NCBI RefSeq assembly: GCF_964355755.1
Contig: NC_092674.1
Span: 4,092,001-4,156,000, forward strand
Direction: 5' to 3'
From: Antedon mediterranea
Taxonomy: Eukaryota; Animalia; Echinodermata
Length of the DNA stretch: 64,000 nucleotides
Of this stretch, positions 14,301 through 29,300 are shown one piece after another; positions within the stretch are counted from its first letter, which is position 1, and each line of letters opens with the position of its first letter. The translations under genes were made by a program, and so were the position numbers. The notes under the pieces are model-generated. The model was not told the DNA's origin and searched no databases. It saw nothing but the letters and a program-made list of their open reading frames with translations.

Positions 14301-17300
14301 CTGACGGAAAACCCTTAAATATTTATTCTTTTTATTTAAAAAAAATGTTTCATAATAAGTAACTAATCGAATGTGTATGTTCTGTCCATGTGATAATTGT
14401 AAAAGGTGATCTTTGTATGTGAAGTATGTGATCATAAAAATGTCTCTATGATATTATTGATTTAACAAGACACTATTTACTTCTTTCTCATTGGTTGATT
14501 GTAATCCTTGCTTAGTATCAGTAAGGTTATTTAAAGTGTACTGAATAATAAACAAATAATTTTTTTGTTGTTTTCTTTGTACAGTAGTAGGAAATTATTT
14601 TGAGGTCTAAAAATTCTGGTTTTTGGAGTCTTTAGTTTTTCCCGTTTAAAGGAGTTCAGAATTTCGTACAATTTTATTATTTAGTTAAAAAACTTACTAT
14701 AAAGTCGTACAGCAGGTAATTTGTCTTTCAATAAACAAATGCAATTATCGTTTACTATTCAATTAACAGGCTAATTAGTTTGTGAAAAATCACAATAGTA
14801 AAGAAGATAGCTCTTTAATGACTGGCAGCCAGTTTGAAGTTCTTAATTAGGATTAAAAAAATGGCTGTAAATCAAACTGATTTGTGGCCGAGGTTTTATT
14901 TGTGTGGATATGATGTGTAGGTTTCTATTTTCATACCATATTTGGTATTCGTCTACATTTACTATTACCGTATCCTCGGGTATAATCCCACTTCGGGTCA
15001 AATCCCATCCCTTACTTTATGTCTAATTTCCCAGGCATATCCCTGGGCATAGTATTGACTTTTCCTATGTATGTAGGCCTGTCTCTAGTTCACATGAGTT
15101 TTTACAAGAAATGCTTACCAACTTTTTGTTTTCTCAAAGTCAGCCCAATTCTCTGTTCTAGGTGGATGGGATTATACCAGAGGATATACAGTATAGTACT
15201 TTTATTTTATATCTTATTTAAATGTCAAAAGTTGGAGAGGCCTTTTTTACATTATAGAGCTTTTGAATTGCGACACATGAACAATCCCTTTGGTTGACAT
15301 AGAATCCAGTCTTAAGGAATCGAGTGAGGAAGCAAGTCCAAATGCCCTCACATGTCTGTATGTACACAAGTTCCTAGGTTGCGACAAGTTGAAGTACCCT
15401 AATGTCACCACATATGGTTAATTGATTACATTTGATTACGTAAAGTAACTGCTAGATCCCAGACCATCACAATTCGAAAGGTCCTTGTATAAAGTGCCTC
15501 TCCAACTTCTGTAGTCCTTCCAAAATGTGTGTTGGGTTTGAAGTAAAATTCTTGATCTGATCTACTGTAGTACAGTACTATCATTGTGGTTGTGTGTTGA
15601 CGTCAAACCTGTAGCCTTTATTAAACAAACAATGTTACTTCTGCTATATAGACATATTATATAAATTAAATAGATAGTGCTTTATTATTGGCCAAATTTT
15701 CCAGCGTTATTGACAACTCATGAAAGTAAATTAAAGAACCTACTAGGTCATTTGGAAAGATATTAATTCTAAATTAAGTAGTAAGGGACCGTATCAAACT
15801 TCCATTTAAAGGTATATAAAAAAGATACAGGTAGTTTCAGGTAGGTATGCCTCCCTAGTTTGTTAGTGAAGCATATTAGAATTATTATGGTTTTATGAAC
15901 CGGTAGACAATGTGAAAAAAAAGTAACATTACAAAATCAAAAACAGTGTGTTTATCAAGTTTGTTTTATTTTTTTTATAACCTTAATAAGCAGGACATCA
16001 TGGCGTTTTCTTTTATTGATTCATTTTTTAACATTCATGCAAGACTAAAATCCTGTAATTACAGAAACCACCAAATACTTCCCCCTCTTTATAAACCAGC
16101 TCGGTCTCTTAGGGCGCGTTTATACAACACGCTATTACAGGCATATTCTACACGCCTACGAGAAGTGTGTTGTATAACAACAAAGAGATTCCGTGTAATG
16201 AGATTTTAATTGCAAAAAAGGCTACTTGGCTGAATCCTAAAATTTTGTGGATTCCCGGTCACCGTTACCGTGTTGGAAGTGTCCTCAGGGTATATTTTGA
16301 CCTCTTGTTAAAACAGGTCGTAATATCAATCATGTCATGCGACGTTGCTAACAAGATTGGGCCCATTTATTGCTGCTTCGTTGCCAGCAATCATCCTCCT
16401 ACCACGTCTTACGCCTAGCCTAGTGGGGCCAACTCGTAGTGGTAGTAGGCCTCTATCATTTCCCACTCCAAACAGAATAAAAAATAACATCGCCAAAATG
16501 GCATCTTCTTCCATAGTGTATAGAGTGTATAGATGAAACAATGAAACCCTTAAAATAACTTTTATTAATTTAAATGAAACGAGAACAAAATAAATACAAT
16601 GCAAACGTGAACGAAGACAATAATGAAAATGGTAAAAACCGCGCGAATACATCGGACATACAGCGAGGAGGCGACGATGATTGTTGACAACTCCGCCAAT
16701 TCAAGCGATCAACGATTTGACCTTTTATCCTAGCATGCACTGCGTGTTTATGAAACTTCCGGTATAACACGGTATCGTGATTTCTAGTATAACAGCAAAC
16801 GTTAAGGTGGGTTGACCTCGGTCCGAACAACACGCTAAAAATTAAAGCCGTGTTCAAATTTAGGGTGTTGTATAAACACGACCTTTGAGTCAATCAATTT
16901 CTCGAATTACCTCATTGTAAAACCAGCAGACTTAGGTCGTCACTAGTTCCCACCATGGTTGATATAATTAATAGGCACCATTAGCCTTCCTTTTTTCGTT
17001 TTTCAATGGGCCTTGTTTGGTTCCTTGTTGAAATCTGATACCCCAGTATTGTAAGATATTTAAGAAGTGCATGTTTTGATGTTTTTTATTCATGTCTGTT
17101 TTCCTAACTAATGCATGGTACGATATTCAATTTTAATATAGGATGGTTTTATTTTTTTATAGCTATTTTATCCTATTTTTATATATTTGTAATGCCATTC
17201 ATTTCAGTCCTTGACTGTCGTTTTGTAATTGGATGTATTTTTATTATACCGAATAAATAAAAATAAATAAAAAATGTTTACACAGACTCACTTCCTCTAA

Positions 17301-20300
17301 AAACTCATTATCTCTTTAGATTATTACCTGTATAACTTCACATTCTATAAAAAGAAAAGTTTAACACTTTTAAAATCATAGTTTAGCAGTAATCAACATG
17401 GTTCCTCATCATGAACTTAACTGATGAACTATGACCTATGTATTATGTCGCCAGTTGATACAGACTCTGCCAAAATTGTGTTGAGGAGTCTGGTGAGGAA
17501 TCACCATGCTTTAGCATGTTTAACTTTAATAACTTAGCACATTTTGTACTAATCTATGCTTTTGCACATTACCATAAATAAGTTGATTATGATCAATCAA
17601 TTTAAACCTATGTATTGAGAATACAGAATATTTCTGTTTGTTTTTCAATGATTTTAAAGCTATTTATGCTACCGGGAGTAGTGTATACTTTTTTGCATAC
17701 ATATTTTGAATGATACAAACAACGATGATAGAAAGTGTGTGTTAAATCAAACTGATGTGATTTTTTCCTTTATGTATTGAATTGATTGTAATATGTACAA
17801 AAGAATATTGTTTGAAGGTTTTCATTGCGAAATCAGTAGATATAATGTTTGCAGTACACCACATATACTGTATATATAGTTGAGTTTCTCGTCGTTTCGA
17901 TCAATACACTTTGATCATCCTCAGGAGTGAGAAAAGCGTTTTTTGATTATATTTCCTTTTATTTATTCTTTCTTTAATTACTATTGAAAAAATGATGTAC
18001 TGTACTTTTTCTTTACAATTTTCCGCTAAAACCTGATTGAGTTTTCTGGTTTTTTAATAACATGTTTTGTAAAGCTCTGTTGTCATTAGTTTTGTGTCAT
18101 ATTCTTAATTTCAAATTGAGACGTCTTATTTCAATATCATCTTTTGTATCATATCCATGGATACGATATTACTTGTTTAATTTATTGCCTGTTTATTGGT
18201 AGATACTTAAAGATATAATTTACGATGACCTTCGACCTGACGCAGTCTCTTTATGATTGATGTAATTATATGAAGGAAGACATTGTATGCCAACTCATAT
18301 ATCAAAATTAAATTATTAATCATAATGTAACATAATATACCATGTCAGTAAATACTATAGTTATAACCATGACAAACAATTGACTAATTGACTATGACAG
18401 GATTCGAACATAACACTCTGTGGAATTGATAAAACACCAAGATTCAGTGCCACCATAAAGATATTATAGTGAACTACACTAAACTATATTATCTCTATAG
18501 TGACACTATCATTATTATGTTATTATTATTATTATTTATTCAGGCAAAAGATACATTTTACAAAATATAATACAAATCAACAAATTAAAAAAAACACAAC
18601 ACAAGGAGAAAATATAAAATCATAGTTACTAGCTGCCAGGAAAGCACAAAAGCAGCTAAGCTACTGTCACCCATTAGGTGTGTACTTCCAACCAGTTATT
18701 TTAAAATGATTTAAATGGGTTTTAATTTAAATTTGATGTTTTTTTTCTTGACAGAGTTTTCAAGAAGAGTAGTCCAAACGGAAAGGTATGTAAATAAAGT
18801 AATATCAGGAAAGATAATATTTCAGACATATACATGTATTAAATGTTAAAGGGCAATTTTTATTATCCCGGTTTAACCATCCTTTTCAACAACCTTTTTT
18901 TTTCCCAAACAATACACTATAGTACCTAGTAAGGTTTCGTTACAGCTTTTATTCAGCTGCCATTCGGGCACTGAATGCTTGTCACAGTATACCGTATGAG
19001 AGTGATGTGAAACTTTATAATTGTTTTTTTAGTTTTTCATTTATCTGCTTTTGTATATCTCAGAGCAAACAGAATTTCTATTTTATATGCAAATGACAAT
19101 AAATGGAAGTAATTTTCCACTGATCGATGAATGAAATTTGTGGGGAAATTAACTGGTTGTATTATACTCGGGAACAAGTTCATGGAAATATAGTAATTCA
19201 CTTGTCAGAATTCAGTCAAAGCTGTAGGATTTGTACATGTTTAGAATAAGATTTAAACAAGAAATATTTCTTACAAGAAACAGCCGCTCATCTCACGATA
19301 CTACTTTCTACATGTATCCCAATATTTATCAGCAAATGCTTTCATAGTCTCTCTTTTGCCCAGTTCGAGTTTCCAAATACTCATTTTTTCAGCCGTAGTA
19401 AACTTTAAGCTACTGAATGGTAACTGTTTCCTAATGTTTCCGTTCTCTTGAATATAACTTCCTAAATGAGTGACGCGAATCTGGTTAAATGAATCTGAGT
19501 TAAAAGAGAAAAATTGAAATTCTTGAGCTTTATAATGCAACCTTATAATGATATATGTAGACACTATTCCATTAAAGATGTATTGTCCCCCAAAAACATG
19601 AAAAATAAAGATTAACAAAAGACTTTAAATAGGCAATTTTGCAGTATTAATGACGTTATAATTTACTTCCATAAACAAAAACGAAAACAAATTATGATTT
19701 CACTTTATATAAAGACAACAATTAAGTTAAGTTTAACCAAAAATTCATTGTCTGATAGACAATTTGACTTTTTTTTTTTTCCAAGTAACTATTACTGTAA
19801 ATGTGACATTAAAATGGCATATTCAACAACAAAAATGTGAACAATTTTTTTTTTTAGGGGGACAATATATGTTTAAGCCACTGAGGTTTAATGAGATTAG
19901 GTTCCCAGGTCCTTTTACTCTCAATGTACCCACTGTTAAGGAGCATAGGTTACCACTAGTCTAGTTAGTTTTAGCACTCATCTTGTACCATGGGCTTAAA
20001 TTAGATCTTCAAACTCATCAGGAGGAATAAGTGGTTAAGTGAGATTGTTAACACCTGTGAGAATCTAAATATACCACAGGTGAACTTTTTTTTTCTAAAA
20101 TTATAATAATGAAGAAAATACAATAAGGTTTTATTATAATAAATAAATATGGATTTTTCAATACATTCTTATGTGTATAAATCTCATAAAGTTCCTTCCC
20201 TCTATTTTAGCAACAATATTTTTAGGTTTATATAGCTATACAGTATAGTACGGTAGCTATGTAGAACGAAGTGGCAATTTTTTGCCCCCAAAATCATGAA

Positions 20301-23300
20301 AAATAAAAATTAATACAATCAGACTTTTAATTCATTCATTTTCGTAGAAAAAAAACCCTAAAACAGAAAGACAAACAAAATCGGTTAAATTCAACCAATC
20401 TACAGTATTGACTTCCAGTCAATTTGACTATTTTTTGCTTTAAATCATAGTTTTTCATGCAAGTTATTTTTTTTTCAATCCAATTTTTGGTGAAAGTGAA
20501 TAACTATTATGTGACTATTAAAATGGCATATTGAACAAAAAAATATTTTTTCATGGGAGGGTGGGGGGTAAATATTTCACTTCAATAGTGTTTACATTAT
20601 AGACCTTTTTTCTCAAAGTGTGATAGGTAATATGGCCACTGAGCACTTGGGCTATAAATAAGCACATAAAAACCTTTAAAATAGTACTTTTATTATTAAG
20701 GGATATATTAACTATTTTATGTAAAATGCTTAATATCATGTGGAATATAAGTATGATGAAAATGTTTTTACTAAATGTGATTTGTGAATACGGTCACTGC
20801 ATATTAAACCATCAAACTGTACACAATCCACTATATAAAGATACCAGTATAATTTTACTGTAACAGACACTTAAATTTGAGATGATAAATTTCCTGTCTG
20901 TAAAATGTTGTTAGTGCGTTTTCTTTGCAATAAAGGCAATTATTATTAGCAATAAATTCACGCAGCACACTCTGAAATCGTGTTTTAGGATTGAAGACTT
21001 TTCCACTCTTTATATTAATTTCCTAGATTTCTAACAACACACCTCCCGAACAGCTATCTGTTGATGAATGGCCTAATTTTCACTGTTTGTATTAACCTTT
21101 GGTTGATGTGACCTTAAAACAGCGTTCTGTTTCAGAGCTACACTACAAACAAGACGTAAAGATTCTAGTGACAAAATAAATTATATTTTATTACATTTGT
21201 TTACAATAATTCCCTAACAAATATACTTATTTTATCGTCATAACCTAATTATTTTATTTATAGAAATATTTCAATTCAAACAAAATAATAATATCCTGGA
21301 TTTATAGCGCCTAATGTTGTGAAACCTCTAAGCGCTGTACATAAACTAATACGAAAAAAGGGAATTCCAACCATACCAAAAAAACAGAAATGAATTCTTT
21401 AAATCTATTAATACCATTTTTGGAACATTAAAATGTCAACTTGTGTTTAAGAAGGATTTGACTGCTAACGTCATCATATAAAAATAAAAGCTATTTTTAG
21501 GTTGTCATTATATAATTTCATTGCTATATTTAGCTTATTTCTATTATAAAGACATTTAGTATTTATTTTATACACAGTGCTCGCATAATATTTCATGTTA
21601 GGTTTGTTAAATCATTTCTATTGACAAGCAGCACCGTTGACAAGCTATATACCGTAATACATTTATTTTTGTAAATATTATTGTTGTAAACATATCAATC
21701 GCCAGAGTATACAGTGGCACAACACATTTGTTGTATCATGAAGGGTTCGAATCATTTGAGGCAACAAAATGGAAAAAAAAAACTTAGTGGGCGAATCCAT
21801 GATTTCGGAAACGGAAAAGGTTACTAATAATAAATTTGAGAGGTGGGTGGGATTACAGTAGCCTCCAAAGGGTCTGCCCAAAAGCACCGTAATGGTAACC
21901 ATTAAAAGCAAGACAGAATATGTTCTCTATAAGATGTAAAAATTGTTGGAACGCTTTGCCAAAAATGTGATTGAGTCTCAAAATTTAAAAACGAACTGGT
22001 CTAACCACCGGTTAAAATATAGCCCATTAAAGAAGAATATGTTCTGGCCACGAGGGGCACAGAAGCATTAATGTTTTAAGTCTCAAAATCCAGGTAGAAA
22101 GACACATTTTTATATATTTAAGTTAATGGAAGGCAGGGAAAATTTTCATTTAAAAATTTTGTTTAGCAATATTGCTAATCAAACTGATTTTTAAGTCGAG
22201 AAACATAGTTTTGTATTGTATTTTTTGCTACACAATTTTCAAAATGTGTAGCAATAAGGTTGTTTTGTATAGCTTTTTGCTACGCTACACTGGCGAAAAT
22301 GTTCCCTGGAAGGTACTGTAACCTTTCATTTTTGATTGCATCAAATCTTATGACGATTACAGTAATATTTACCCATATTTACAGTACAGTATATTAGAAG
22401 CCAGATCATACTGTAGTTAAATTAAATGGCAAAAAAATGATTAAATTTGATAAAAATTAATAATTTCATATTGGTTGTCAAGGGATGTGTCCTTGCTTGA
22501 TACAATAACAGCATGTAAAAAAACAGTATGCACTATTTACTAAACAAGGCCATATACATGACTGCAGTCTCGTGCTCAAGTTAGTGTTTACCGACTGACC
22601 AACCAACTGACATAGAGAGCTGTAGAGTCTCGTGGCTTCTTTCTCATGCATTATTATTATTAGGTCCGATAGAATTAAAACAGCGCTTAATCCATTAAAG
22701 CTTTTATGGACTATGTTATTAGCTATCTGTACAAGACACAATGACTAAATTCATATTGTGGCCTTGTGACTTTCCAATAATGAACATTTTAATACCAGTC
22801 CTGATGGCTTTAAATGAAAGAAAAAACATTGACTATATAAAATGCGGGACTTTTTTTGGCATCGGTATCCAACGATCAAATTACAATTAATAATTTAATA
22901 CAAAATTCATAAATATTTATGTACTAGTTTTTGCGGACATTCTGATTATTAAACCTTAATGGAAATAATGACATAAAAGGATATTATTAGTACATAATTA
23001 CAATAGTTAGTATTAGTAATTAATGGTAGTGTGTAGTACAGTTGCTGTATTGATCTGTCTTCATCATCAACCTTTTTATCTTTCTCCACTATCCAACTAG
23101 TTTGACAAAAAAAAGTGTGATGTGCCTAAATATGGCAGTGATGTACCCAAATATGGTATAAATGACATCATCATGTCCATATAATATGGGCACATCAATC
23201 ACATAGTGTGGACAGAGCTTTATGCATGCTCTGCTCCTTATCTATATTGGTTTTCCTCCTGCCTGTTCACCTTTGATCCTCCTTCCTACTTTTCAACTCC

Positions 23301-26300
23301 CTGATCAACCTTCTGTTTAGCTCCATTTTCCCTCCTCTTTTTCCTCTTCACTTTTTATTTCTTCTTCTTCTTCTTTTTCTTTTCCCTCCTATTCCCTAAT
23401 TCCTATTTTCTTTTCCATCTTCTTTTTTTTTTCCAAAATCCATTCACAAAATTCTTCCTCTTTCTTCACTTCCTGTTTCTCCTCCTTTTCTTAATCCTTT
23501 ATTTCTCACCTTTTCTTATTCTCCCATTCCTTCTACTATTCATCTCCCTCATTTCTTCACTTTTCGTATTCCTCACAAATCTTTTTTTTCATTTCTATGT
23601 TGTAATTGCCTTTATAACCTTTATTAATTACCAAATAAAGACATTCAAAAATTCAAATTCAAAACTTAATACTTCATCTACTATTGTGACTGTACGGCGC
23701 TATTCTATACATGATTTTTTTCAGTATTTTCCCACATTTCTAAATATTGGTAATTGTATGGTTTGTGTGCTTTTTAGATTACAACTTACTTGGGTAAACG
23801 AGATTTTGTTGACCATCTAACGCACATCGATCCAGTTGGTAAGTACATCAGATTAACCAGTTTATATCCCCTAATCTTTACGATTACAAGTTAATTTATT
23901 CATTAGAAATTCATCATATAACCATCATATAATTAGCACAGATTTGAATGTTAATTACAGTACTTTTGATACAAATTCCATAATTTTAAAATATTTTAAT
24001 GAGATTTTCTTTTTAATTAGTAGTAAAAATATTCACCCAAAATATGTAGTTGTAGTAGTAATTACTGCAATTATCATACCCAAGTCTGTAATGGCTAAGA
24101 AATAAAAGAAATTATTACAAATTACAAATTTTTTTTTTAATATTTAAATACGACTCGCAGTACCATGTAAATATGTTTCTTCTGAAATTGCCTATGAATA
24201 TTTGCATTTTTTATGCAATCATCATAATTGATGATAAATATGAAAATTACATAATTTGACCTCATACTACTGTAAAACCCCATCTGGCAATGAAATTGTA
24301 TCTTTATTGTGTCTTTTTAAATGCACTCTTGGCTTGCCATACTTGCCAGTTTTGCAAATTGGCTATTATAAGACCAAACAATTAAATTCTAAAACAATTG
24401 TGCTGTTTACAATTTTTATCTTTTTTCAGAGTATGTTATAATTTGATAATTTAGAATTTAATAGCTTTTCAAATACGCCCACTCACAATCTTAGAATTTA
24501 TTGAAATAATTTTAACATATGTCTGAAATTTGTCAAAATCTTTTCACAACATGTATTGAATATTTTCAATAATTGTTACTTTCATCAGATGGTTTTTTAA
24601 TGAATACAAATTATTTTTTTTGTAACTGACATTATTACAAAGTGCATTGTGAGCATGAGCATATGTCTGTTCAATTTTGATTGGCACACTCTATACACCT
24701 GCGTCAATATTTTTATTATCTTTCTTTTTTTGCATTTTATATTTAAAAAAAATAAGAAATTATTGGTTCGTTTTTGTAAGAACAGTTAATAAAACAAATC
24801 ATACTTTATTTTCTTTTCTTTTTCTTTATTATTGAATCCATGTAAAAGATGTAAAACATGGGTAGTGTGTTCTAACTGTATCATTTATGCAAATCTAAAT
24901 TATTTAAATAATTACAGAAGAACCACTTTGTTTGGGACACTCCAATTCAGGAGACATCCCTATCAAGTGGAGAAGGAAAAAAATAATGTTTACCACTATA
25001 ACCAATCCCTATTTATTTTATTTTATTTTATTTATTTAATCGAAACCAACAGCGATAATTACCGCCACTAACAGGTTTGATACAAACAAAGCCAGGACTG
25101 TTTAAAGCACCTTGATTGGTCCTAACATTGATCAAGGGCTTCTCTCGTCCAGTGCCCACCTTGACCAGAGGTCTGAGGCAGATACTAGATGCAGGGGCTG
25201 CCATAAGAGTCAGCAGTGCTGATTTCAGTTAATAAAACAAATCATACTTTATTTTCTTTTCTTTTTCTTTATTATTGAATCCATGTAAAAGATGTAAAAC
25301 ATGGGTAGTGTGTTCTAACTGTATCATTTATGCAAATCTAAATTATTTAAATAATTACAGAAGAACCACTTTGTTTGGGACACTCCAATTCAGGAGACAT
25401 CCCTATCAAGTGGAGAAGGAAAAAAATAATGTTTACCACTATAACCAATCCCTATTTATTTTATTTTATTTTATTTATTTAATCGAAACCAACAGCGATA
25501 ATTACCGCCACTAACAGGTTTGATACAAACAAAGCCAGGACTGTTTAAAGCACCTTGATTGGTCCTAACATTGATCAAGGGCTTCTCTCGTCCAGTGCCC
25601 ACCTTGACCAGAGGTCTGAGGCAGATACTAGATGCAGGGGCTGCCATAAGAGTCAGCAGTGCTGATTTCAAATGCCTAACGGGACCCCAGCTTTGTATAC
25701 AGCACCCGTTATTCCCAGATGGTCTCCCATCCAAGCTCTAACCAGGCCCAACATCGCTTAACTTCGGTGATCTGACGAGAACCGGTGTTTCAACGTGGTA
25801 AAGCCGTATTAATTATAGGACACCCTTATTAAGGGAACACTTTTGGGTCCCAAATTTCTACTTATAATTTGTTTTAAATTAATTAGTAAAAGAATTTGAA
25901 TGCTACTTTACCCATGTGATCTCATTCTATTTGAATTAATCAAGCAATTGTTGTTTCTAGATGGTGTGGTACTCGTAGATCATGAATATTTAAAAGATCG
26001 CAAAGTATTTGCCCACGTGTTAGCAGCATTCCGATATGGCAGAGAAGACCTTGATGTTCTCGGTCTCACATTTCGTAAAGATTTATTCCTAGCCTCCATG
26101 CAGGTGTACCCACCGATTCCAGATGAACAGAAACCTTTGACACGCTTACAAGAACGACTGATTAAGAAGCTGGGCGCGAGCGCGTACCCGTTTTGTTTTC
26201 AGGTAAGGAAGATTTTGCCGTGTATATTCAAGACTGTGTGTCTTTTTATTTAGCTTACATGGATTTTAAGCATTATTATCTTAAAATGACATACTGTAGA

Positions 26301-29300
26301 TTTACACAAAAAAACGTTTAAACTGATTATTATTATTATCATTTTTCTTTTCTTGTAAAGTTCCAAAAAACACTACCAAATAATATACAAGGTTATAAAT
26401 ACATAACAATCTAATTATAGTAACTAATCAATAGGAAATATACCACACCCTTTTCCTTCCACTTTTCAAGTTTTCTAATGTAGTTTAAAACCTTGTTAGT
26501 ATAATTCTGATCATTTTGATACCCCATTTGTGTGGACAGGTGTAGTTGGCAAAAAATTGTATAGGAACAAACGTACAAATGCTATTTCTTATCCTATAAA
26601 TATTTGCTTGCGTATTGCATTAATAATTTGTAAGTCACTTAATAAAAAAATCCCTATAATCACCTCAAAACCATTCAGAGATACACATACAGTATCTGGA
26701 TTGAACAATGTAAATAAATTGTTTTAGCTGTTTTTATTTAATACACTCAATTCTCAATTAACAGTTACCACAGAACTCACCATCATCGGTAACATTGCAA
26801 CCAGCACCAGGTGACACCGGCAAACCTTGTGGTGTTGATTACGAACTCAAAACATATGTTGCAGGTACTAATTTTTTAAATTATCCTTTACCATATCAAA
26901 GACTAAAAATATATTGCGCATAAAAACTGCGGAACTGTACATCAATTATTAGAGTACTGCTATCTAATTATTTTCATTTATAGCTCTGTCTACACTATCA
27001 AAGTTTATGTAATGTTCCCATATATATAGACATGATGACGTCATATCACTACCATATCTGGGCATATCACTACCATATTTGGGCACATAGCACTTTTTTT
27101 TGTCAAACTAATTTGATAGTGTAGACAGAGCTTTAGGCATTTTTATATATTTAAACATCACTAGTTGATACAGTCTTTTATCTTCATAATCGGCTTTTTA
27201 TTGACAGAAACAATAGACGATAAACCGCATAAGAGAAATTCTGTAAGTTTGGCAATCCGTAAAGTAACGTATGCCCCGGACAAGACAGGACCACAGCCTA
27301 CCGCGGAGGAGAGCAAAGAGTTTATAATGAGCCCGGCACCTCTTCACCTCGAATGCTCATTAGATAAAGAGGTAAGTACTATAGAACCTCTATTAAGGGG
27401 ACACCTTCTGGACCCAACAAAGTGCCTCCTTTTAGTGCTGTCACCTATAGGAGTTCACTTTAGTGTTAAAATATTCATTTCATGGGAAATTGTCCTCTAA
27501 ATAGGAGTGCCCTCTAAATAGGTTTGTCCCCTAAATAGGAGTGCCCTCTAAATAGGGTTGTCCCCTAAATAATAGGGGTGTAATCTAATAGGGTGTCTCC
27601 TAAATAATAGGAATGATCCCTGAATAATAGGGGTGTCTCCTAAATAATAGGAGTGTCCCCTAAATAGGAGTGCCCTTTAAATAGGGGTGTCCCCTAAATA
27701 GGAGTGCCCTCTAAATAGCGGTGTCCCCTAAATAATAGAAATGATCCCTGAATAATAGGAGTGTCCCCTAAATAGGAGTGTCACCTAAATAGGAGTGCCC
27801 TCTAAATAGGAGTGTCCCCTAAATAGGAGTCTCCCCTAAATTGGAGTGCCCTCTAAATAGCGGTGTCCCAAAAGAGGGGTTCTATTGTATTGTAATGAAA
27901 AGCAACTGTTTGCAGGTACAACATTTTTAGCTTATGGGTAAAGAAGATTTTTCAAGTGAAGGTTTCGCAATGTTTACATGACCCAAATTAAATGAGCAGT
28001 CTTATCTTTTAGATGTATTATCATGGGGAAAGCATTGCTGTAAATGTTCAAATTACTAACAATTCAAATAAAACGGTGAAGAAGATTCGTATAGCGGTAC
28101 GCCAGTTTGCGGACATCTGCCTCTTCTCAACTGCGCAATATAAATGCCCAGTAGCTGTCTTTGAAACAGAGTCGTGAGTTTGGTGTTGTTTCTATCTGTT
28201 ATCAACATTTTATTAAAGATGTATTGTCCCCCAAAAACATGAAAAATTACTTTAAATAAGCCTTAATTATAAATGTTACATAATTATAACTAAAAACCAT
28301 TGTCTGACAGATAATTAAGTATTTATTTTTTTTTTTTTTAAGTAAATAATTTTTTTTTTGTCAAAGTGAATAAGAATAATGACATTAAAATGGCATATTA
28401 AAAACAAATTTGAAAAAAAAAACTGTTTAGGGGGAAAATATATCTTTAATTTTAATCGATGACAATATTCTAACTTCTGAAGTCTATAAATAACTGTATA
28501 TAATAGAAAGAATAATGTACATTACAGAAACCAATTATACTAGAGACTAGATTTATTAATATATCCTTGAAATAATTAATATTCACAATTGTTTTATAGT
28601 GCATCTGATGGCTTACCTATCAAACCAAGTCAGACGTTGTCTAAAGTGTTTTATATCACTCCACTGTTGGATGACAATAGAGACAAACGTGGCCTAGCAT
28701 TGGATGGAAAACTAAAACACGAGGATACAAACTTAGCATCATCAACCATGTAAGTATGTTGCGCCCTCACACGTTTCCGAATGTGTTTACTGCAATAACT
28801 TATTTCAAGGTGCTTTAAACAGTCCTGGCTTTGTTTGTATCAAACCTGTTAGTGGCGGTAATTATCGTTGTTGGTTTCGATTGAATAAAATAAAAAAAAA
28901 CTAGATTTGAACTCGTCACTCCGGACGAGTTAGGTTATCCGCAGTCCTAAAGCCACGTGCACGTCATACGTTAAAATATTGCGCGCATAAAAACGATTAT
29001 GCCATTGAAAAAATGTGAGTGCGCTCTCTATTTTGTGTCACGTCAAAGTGTATACGGTATACACTATATACCGTATACGTACTACATACAGTTCAGAATA
29101 GGTGAAAATAAGTGACCAAAGTTATTGATGCTTTTGCACATGATGACGTCATAACAATTTTTAAAATGGTGAATCATGCGAAAGATAATTGATTGACATA
29201 GACAATATAAAGAAATGGAGGGCAATGGAATACGGATAAGTGGAGATGCGCTCTATTAAATGTGATGAGCTATACGAAAGAGAAAAAAATCCTATATTTT

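Noticed and set aside
15200-15600. Decayed coding exon or nested pseudogene in arrestin intron 1
   Set aside because: Composition looks coding-like, but frames are interrupted and no protein family was recognised; needs BLASTx.
25696-25809. Functional 5S rRNA gene
   Set aside because: Several substitutions, no oligo-T terminator, and it runs into a SINE body with an A-rich tail.
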